64,000 nt of DNA. It comes from Ruminococcus sp. (GTDB lineage Bacteria; Bacillota; Clostridia; Oscillospirales; Acutalibacteraceae). Position numbers and translations under genes: made by a program. A model generated the notes under the pieces. It was not told the DNA's origin. It saw only the letters and a program-made list of their open reading frames with translations, and made no database searches. Location: assembly GCA_023665555.1 (NCBI GenBank), contig JAMPDR010000002.1, forward strand, positions 2,837-66,836, read 5' to 3'. Every line of letters begins with the position of its first letter. Positions within the stretch are counted from its first letter, which is position 1. Positions 15,001 to 24,000 of this stretch are shown here, in pieces.

Positions 15001-18000
15001 CATTAAGGCAACTTACTACGGTAAGAAGGGTGAAACCGAAATTGAAATTGACGGAACCCAATATGCACTTACCCCGGTATTCGCAGAGATAAAGGATGCT
15101 GACGGTAATGTAACCGGTTACGCTAAGGATCAGACAACCAAGGTTGTTCTCGAATACACATGGGGCGTAAATGACAAGGATAGTTTCCTGTCAGTAGTTT
15201 ATGAACTCACAGCAGTATTCGGTAGCTTACTTGACTTCCTGTTCAGAGGCAAGGATATCACAATTCTTGTTGACGGACTCAAGCTTAAGGGTGCAAACAG
15301 CTATGATAACGCAATCGTTCCGCTTGGTAAAGCACTTGGTATTAACGGTCTTAAATCAGGCAACCAGCTTGCAACGGCAAACGATATGCTTAAAGAAGTT
15401 ATCAATGGCATCTTCGGTCTTGTTGAAGACATCGAAAAGGCTCCGCTTCAAACAATTCTTAAAGTTCTCGGTTCTGCATCGTTCTTCATTGCAAACAACG
15501 GTGTTGAAACAACACTCAACAGTCTAATCAGCCCGATCACAAGTCTTCTCAAAGTTGTTGACGGTATCGTATCACTCGATGACATCAGCGCAATCATGAA
15601 GAACTATTTGGGCATCGGACTCAACGACATCACAGGTATTGCTGGTGAACACGGCGAAAAGCTTGTTACTCTCATCAATAACACTATCGCTAACCTGAAA
15701 CTTGTAGGTCCTGACGGCGAAACATTCATTACTAACGTTCTTGATGAAAATCTCTTCGTTGACCTTAGCAAGTATGCAGTTAAGGTTCATGACACAACAA
15801 CCGAAGGCGAAGTTACAAACGATTGGGATGTTGATTCAACTGACGTTCTGATGTATTTGCTTAAGACTGTATTCTCAGATAGCCTTCTTGATCTCATCTG
15901 CTCAATCGCTAAGATGGATTCAACACAGGGTGTTGGCGCAGTCATTAAGGGACTCGCAGGTAAGCAGGATGAAGTTGTTGATATCATCATCATGCTTCTT
16001 ACAGAATACGCTGTTAAATACAGCAAGATTAAGCAACAGCCAATCACAAAGATTGATGTTACACCGAAAGATCCGCTTACAGATGAAAACATCGAAAAGG
16101 CGCTTGCAGCTATTGACGGACTCATCCCGGCAGTTCTCGGCTTGGTTATGGGTGACGGTTCTTCGCTTGAATCACTCATCAATAACCTCCTCAAGGATGC
16201 AGATCTCGGCAACCTCATCATGAATATGCTTGTTCCGGTTCTTGCAAGTCTTGATATTGACGCAATCCTCGATTACGTTGCAAAACTTACTAACATCAAA
16301 CTCGACATTTCACCTGAAGCATTTGCAAAGAGTGATAAGTTCGGCAGTGAACTGAAGAACTTCATCGGCAATGCAAAGACATGGAAAGAAGTCGAAACAA
16401 AATATGCACAGTATGTCTACACTTACAATACTTCAACAGACGCTGACAAACCGAACGTTGTTGAGTATTATAGTAAAAATGCTGATGAAACAACAATCAA
16501 AGTCGGCACTGAGATATACACACTCACACCTGTTTTTGAAGAAGATAATACAACTCGTGTTAAGAAAATGCACAGCACATTCGATTGGAAACTCAATGAT
16601 CTTAACGCAATTGTAAATCTCGCAAGTGATATTCTTGCACCGCTCGACATCATCTTCAAAGTTATCCTTGCAGGCGATCAGATTATCGTTCTCGAGGATA
16701 CCAAGGAAGACGGAAAGCGCGGCGACGATATAAGAATCTATGGCGGCAACGGCTACAACTATGCAATCATTCCGCTTCTTGAAGCATTTGGTGTTTCACC
16801 GCTCACACAGGAAGATTATGATGCAAGAGTTGAGGCTGAAGGTTCATCAATCAAATACATCCTTGACACGATCGTTAAGTTTGTAACTGACCTTCTTGAC
16901 GCTCCGGTTCAAACACTTCTTGAAAAACTCGCAAATCTCTTCTACTTCATTGGTTCAGACGGTATCAACACAATCGCTGCAAACCTCCTTGCTCCGGTTA
17001 ATATCCTGATTGAAGAAGTAGACGACGTATTCCCGCTCGCAATTACAATTGACCTTGATGAAGTTGGTAAGACTGACGGTAAGATCATTGCAACCTATCT
17101 CGGTGAAGAACATCCGGGGGTTGCAGCCGGTATCACAATTGATGTTAAGGCAGCAAAACTTTCAGAACTTATTAACTCACTCATCAGTTCTATCAAGATT
17201 GGCGACACAGAAATCAAACTTTCACTTGACCTTGATTGGAATAAGATTGCCGCAATGATGGCAAAAGCAGACACAACTGATCCGGAAGGTAAACGTGTTG
17301 TAACAGTTGAAACAAAACAGGTTTATACAATCGGCTCAATAACAAATGCAACTGATAGCGACTACATCAATATCGTGGGCGACAAGGTTGATACATTTGT
17401 AGCACTTCTCCAGGTAATTCTTACTCAGGATAACACTGAGGGTATTGCAAAACTTATCAAGTCACTTATTCCATCAGATCTTGATCCGAAGATTGCAGAC
17501 ATTATCAATGATGTTCTCAACGATCCGGATGCAATTGAAAAACTTATCGGTATTGTTGTTCTCATTCTTACAGGTGAATACGATGTAATCGATGACGGTG
17601 AATTCGTATACAAAGTACTTAAGGCTCTTACCTCCGAGTACGACAACATGACCGGTCTTAACTCAGCAATTACTAAGTTTGATAAGATGGTTGGCAGAGC
17701 AGTTCCGCAGATTATTGCAATGCTTGCCGACACCAGCAAGGACGAAGCAGATTGGGGAATCCTCGAACAGATTGCTTCCGGTATTAAGGATAACCCGACG
17801 CTTGACGGTATTGTTGACTGGTTCCTTTCAGAAAAGGTATTTACTGAGGAAACATTTGAAAAACTTATCATAGCAGTTCTTCCGACAATGGCAAATATGC
17901 TTACTGCGGACCTCACAAAGACAATCAATGATCTCCTCGGCATTGACTTTGCACCGCAGGCATTTGCTAAGGCAACACTTAAGAGCGGAACAAAGACAAA

Positions 18001-21000
18001 TAAATTTGTTAAGTTCGTCGGAGATGCTGAAACATGGGCAGATGTTCTTGCTGCACGTGCAGTAGAAAAGACTGAATTCAAGGATGGCAAGGAAACCACC
18101 GTTTACGAACTCAAAGAATTTAATTGGGGTGTAACAGATAAGGATAGCTTCATTTCAAAACTTATCCAGGTAATCTCACCGCTTGAAAAAGTTCTTTCAT
18201 TCGTACTCATGGGTACAGACCTTGAATTCGAAATCCCCGGCATCAAACTCAACGGCGGCGAAGGCTATAAGAATGCAATCAACCCGCTCATGAAAGCGCT
18301 CGGTCTTGAAGACCTCGGCGGTACACTCAAATCTGCATCAACAGGAACAGAAGCATTAAGCAACATCGTTGACTATGTATTCGTAATTGTTAATGCAATC
18401 TGTGAAGCACCGATTACAACAGTTCTTAAAGTTGTCGGTAACCTCAGCTACTTCATTGCTAACAACAATGTTGAAAACCTTATTAAGAACCTCACTGCTC
18501 CGATTCTCGGAATAGTAGATCGTGCATCTTCACTTATCTCAAGAGATCAGATCGACTCTCTGCTTAAGGGCTTAATCGGTCTTGGACTTACAGATATTAT
18601 TGAAATCGGCAATAATAAGGGTGAAAAACTTGTTAACCTCATCAATGATCTGCTCAAGGGCTTCATTGTTAAGGATCAGAATGGTAATGAGGTTTACACA
18701 ATCAACGCACTTCCTGATGACTTCTTCGAAAAACTTGCTCAGTATGCAATCCGTAATGACCTGCCGGAAGGCGCACAGGTTGGCGACGATGCAGAAAAAT
18801 GGCATGTTGACACAGCAGAAGTATTGATGTACGTACTTTCAACAGTACTTAACGAAAACTTCCTTAAGACTCTCTTCAAGATGGTTGGACTTGATACATC
18901 AGAAGGAATCGGCGAAACACTCCTGTCGATGGCAGGCAAGGAAAATTCTCTTGCAGACATTCTCCTTATGCTCCTTGAAAATTACACAGTTTCTTATAAG
19001 AGAATCAAGCAGGCAGATCTTGAACCTGAAAACGCACCATACTTCGGCGGACTCGACAAGACAAATACAACAGCTGCTATCAAGACACTTGATCCGTTGC
19101 TTGTAAGTGTCCTCGGTATCCTCGGTGTTGGCAACCTCGAAGACCTTATTGATGGTCTTATCTCAGGCGCAGACCTTCCAAACATGATAATGAATCTTCT
19201 TGTTCCGGTTCTTTCCGGTCTTGATATCGACGCAATCCTCGGATATGTAAATGAACTTACAAATCTCGGTATTTCAAGTATTGCACCGACCGCATTTAAT
19301 GATAAGTTCGGCAGTGAGTTGAAGAACTTCATCGGTGATGCAAAGACATGGAAAGATGTTGAAAGTCAGTACTTGCAGTATGTATATACTTACAACACTG
19401 CTAAGGAAGGCGAAGAAGAGAAGCTGGTCAACTACTATAGTGAAAAAGACAATGAAACAACCGTAACAATCGGCGAAGGTGCAAATGCCGTAACCTATGA
19501 CCTTACACGCGTAATGATACAGGCAGTTGGTACTGACGGTAAACCGCTCTATGAAGAGGATGGTAAAACTCCGATTTACAGCACAACTGAACAGAAGATG
19601 GAAATGCATAGTGTATATGACTGGAAAGTCAATACAAAGGGCGACCTTGCAAACCTTGTTTGTGACCTTCTCGCTCCGTTCGATGTAGTCTTCCAGGTAC
19701 TTCTCAGCGGTAAACAGATCATCGCAATAGAAGATAAGTCAGGCGAACGCGCTGACATCAGAATTAACGGTGGCTATGGCTACAACTACGCAATCATCCC
19801 GCTGCTTGAAGCATTCGGTGTTGCACCGCTTTCACAGGCAGACTATGATGCAAGAGTTAAAGAAGATGGTTCATCACTCAAATATATTCTTGATGTTCTC
19901 TTCAACGAAATCGACGCAATCCTTGCATCACCGGTTGAACAGATTCTTTCAAGAGTAGCAAACATCTTCTACTTCATCGGTTCAGACGGCATCAGCAACA
20001 TAGCTGAAAACCTTCTCGCACCGGTTAACGAGTTACTCAAAGCAGTTGATAATTTGTATCCGATAGCAATCAGCATTGACCTTGCTGTTAAGGATACAAA
20101 GGACATTGTTAAGACGTATCTCGGTACTGACCATAAGGATGTACCGGCAGGTATTTCAATCAATGTTTCCGGTAAGGCTCTCAGCGACTTCATCAACGGA
20201 TTTATCAGTGATATCAATATCAACGGCACAAAACTCAGCCTCAGCCTTGACCTTGATTGGAACAAGCTGGCAGCTAAGATGGCTAAGACAAACGCTGACG
20301 GAACAATTGCTTATATCGGTACGGCTCAGGCTTATACCTATGGCGAATGTGACGACGGTAAGGAACTTAAGAATATCTCAGGCGATGCTGCGGACGCTTT
20401 GGTAACAATTCTCGATGCAGTTCTCACAAGAGATAACTGTAAGAACATCAAGGATCTTGTTGATGGATTGCTTGCAGGTGCAGAACTTCCTGAGTCAATC
20501 AAGAAGCTTGTTAACGACATTCTCAGCGATCCGAACTCAATTAAGAATCTTGTTGCAGCAGTAATCCTTGTTCTCACTGGCGGCTATGAAGTTAATAACC
20601 TTGACTTCGTCTTCAAGTTCCTCGGAACAATTGATTACAACGTAGATGGTCTTGATAATGCAATCAAGAGCCTTGATAAGATCGTACTCGCAGCAGTACC
20701 TGTTATCATTGATATGCTTGCAGACACGACTAAACCTGAAGCAGAACAAAGCTTCATTGATAAACTTGCAGCAGGTCTTGAGAAGGACGGCAAGGCAGTA
20801 ACTCTTGAAAATATTGTTGATTATCTCCTCGGTTCAATGGTATTCACCAATGACATGATGGCAACGATCACTTCAGCAATTGTTAACGCTCTTGCAGGAT
20901 TCCTCACAGCTGACCTTGCATCAACAATTGATTCACTCATCGGTGTCAACCTTGCTCCAACAGCATTTGCAGAAACCAGCGGCAATAAGGCTCTCAAGAA

Positions 21001-24000
21001 GTATGTAAATGTAACGCCTGCAGACGCAGAAGTCGGTGTGACATGGGCAGACGTTCTTAAGGCACATCAGAATACTGATGCTGACGGTAATGTAACAATT
21101 GATCCGATATTCACAAATGCGGGCTCGAAGGACGGCTTTATCGGCGATGTTCTTGACATGCTCCTTCCGCTTGAAAACATCCTTGCATTCTTGCTCACAG
21201 GTAAGAACCTTGAACTCTCGGTTGAAGGTAACGAATTGCTTACACTTACAGCAGGCGATGCATACAATAAGTCACTTCTTCCGCTCATCCTTAAAGGTCT
21301 TGGACTTAAAGAACTTGGCGCTGAAGAAAAGGCAGCAGACACTGCAAACGAAGCAATCGGCAACATTGTTGAGTATGTATTCAAACTTGTTGAAGAACTT
21401 GAAAAGGCTCCGTTCTCAACAATCATCACGGTTGTTGCAAATCTCAGCTTCTTCATTGCAAACAATGATGTTTCAGTTGCAATCAACAACCTTGTTGCTC
21501 CTGTACTCGGCATCCTTGATGCACTTGACAGTGTAATCTCAAGAGAACAGATTGACGATCTCCTTAAGAGTTTCATCAACCTTGGACTTACAGATATCAT
21601 CAATATTGCCGACAACCAGGGTGCAAACCTCATTAACCTTATTAACGGATTCCTCGGTGAGATTGAAATCACTGACGATGAAGGAAATCAGATTTATGTT
21701 CTCAACGCTCTTCCTGCTGACTTCTTTGTAAATCTTGCCAAGGCGGCAATCAGAATTGACGACCCGATAGGCAATCTCAGAGTTGGTGAAGATGTTATAG
21801 ACTGGCACACTGAGAAGGACGACGCAATCATGTATGTCCTTGCAACAGTACTCAATAAGGACTTCCTTGAAATCCTTTGCCAGCTTCTGAACCAGGATCC
21901 GAACGGTGATCTCGGACAGATTATCATCTCACTTGCAGGCAGAGAAGAAGACCTTGTGGCAGTAATTCTTAAGCTGCTCAATAAGTATCTTGTTGAATAC
22001 AAAGCATACAAAGTACCTGAACTCGACAAGATCAATATTAAGTATTCAAGTGATCAGACACATGCTCAATTGAATGATGCACTTTCAAACATTGACAGTC
22101 TGATTCCGGCAGTCCTCTCACTCATTGGTCAGGATGCTGAAACTCTCGGCGATATCGTATATCCGCTCTTTGTTAAGGATGATATTGCTAACCTGCTTGT
22201 AAGTACAATTGTCAACCTTCTTGCAGGCTTGCCGTCAGATACAATTGACCAGGTAATGGGTTATGTAAATGAATTGACAAACCTTAAGAACCTTGACATC
22301 TCACCGAAGGCATTCGCAGATGCTAAGTTCGGCAGTAAGCTTGGATTGTACATCGGCAATGCTAAGACATGGGCTGATGTTTGGGAAGCTCACAGCGAAG
22401 AAACAACTGATGCTGATGGAAATACAACAAGAGTAGCAACAGCTTACAATTGGGGTATCAATACAACATCAGACCTCGTAAATCTTGTTTGTGATATGCT
22501 CCTTCCGCTTGATGATATTCTCGCACTTCTGCTCATGGGTGGAACTGAGAGAGCAGCTTTCGAAGCAGACGGAACACACAACGGCAAGAAGATCACCGCA
22601 TTCGATGAAATCAATGTTCTCGGCGGTAACGGTTACAACTACGCAGTAATTCCTCTCCTTGAGTTGCTCGGCGTCAAGAACGTTCTGACTCAGGCTCAGT
22701 ATGAGGCATATGTAAAGGCAAACCACGGCAGCACACTCAAGTATGTTCTCGATGCACTCTTCACAAGAGTTGATGAAATACTCAACGCTCCGATTGCAAA
22801 CGTACTTGACTTGATTGCAAACCTTGCATACGTAATCGGTAATGACAGCGTTGAAACAATAGTTGCAAACCTTCTTGCTCCGGTCAACAACCTCATCGAA
22901 GCAGTTGATCGCCTGTTCCCGATTTCAATCTCAATCAACATTGCAAACATCGGAACAGAAAATGATATCGTTAAGACCTATCTTGGTCAGTCGCATCCGG
23001 GTGTTGATGCAGGTATCGCAATTGCTCTTAAGGGCAGCGACATCAATGCATTGCTCAGCAACGTAATTGGCGGCATTGAAGTTAACGGCGCACCTCTCGG
23101 CTTGAATCTCAACCTCAACTGGCTTGAGATTGCGGCTAAGGGCGCAGCTGCTGACGGAACAAAGATTAAACTGAGTAACTCTAAGCTTGATACCAAGTAT
23201 GACATCTATAACGGCAGTGACTACAAGAATGCAGTCGGCGACCGCGGTGACAGCTTCGTAGCGCTTCTTGAAGCTATCCTCACAAAGGATAACCTTGATG
23301 CAATTCTTAAAGCACTCGGTCAGGACGGCGGATTCGGCGAACCGATTGATTCAATCATCGACGCAATCATCAAGGATCCGGCAAAGATTATCGACGTACT
23401 GCTTTCACTTCTCGGTAACGGTAAGGTAAGCTATGTACCGATTCAGAACAGAAGAATCAAGACTCAGCACTTTGATTATTCATCATACTTACTGCTTACT
23501 GAGGCTAACGCAGATATAATCGCAGAAAATCTTGACGGACTTATCACTGATATTCTCGTTAAGGCTAACCTCGGTTCAATTAAGGATCTTGTTGCTACGA
23601 ACTTTATCACAAATGAATCACTTAACAAGTTGCTTGATTTGTTAGTACCTGTACTTGGCGGCGAAACAGTTAACGATGTACTTGTTGCACTTGCCGGCTT
23701 TGCGGAAAATAACGATGTTGGCACAGACCTTGACTTCACTGTTGGCAGCTTCTATAAGAAGTTCATTGACAACAGAGATTACAACAACAAGAAGGGTGTT
23801 AACATTAAACCGGCGGCAGATATCCTTAAGAAAGCAGTTGATAAGAACGGCACATGGGCAGACGTTGGCTCATTTGCAGGAACAAACTGGGGATTTGAAG
23901 ACGGCGATATCAAGAGCTTCGCAAGAGCACTTGCAGATATCCTCAAGCCGCTCAACAGTGTTCTTGAACTTCTCCTCATGGGCGAAGGCAAAGAACTCAA

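Noticed and set aside
17425-18099. 224-aa minus-strand ORF (and many other 60-200-aa ORFs at 297-24929) overlapping the giant gene
   Set aside because: They lie antisense or out-of-frame to a 25-kb continuous ORF with strong repeat conservation. They are Ser/Leu/Arg-rich, which is typical of antisense translation artefacts.
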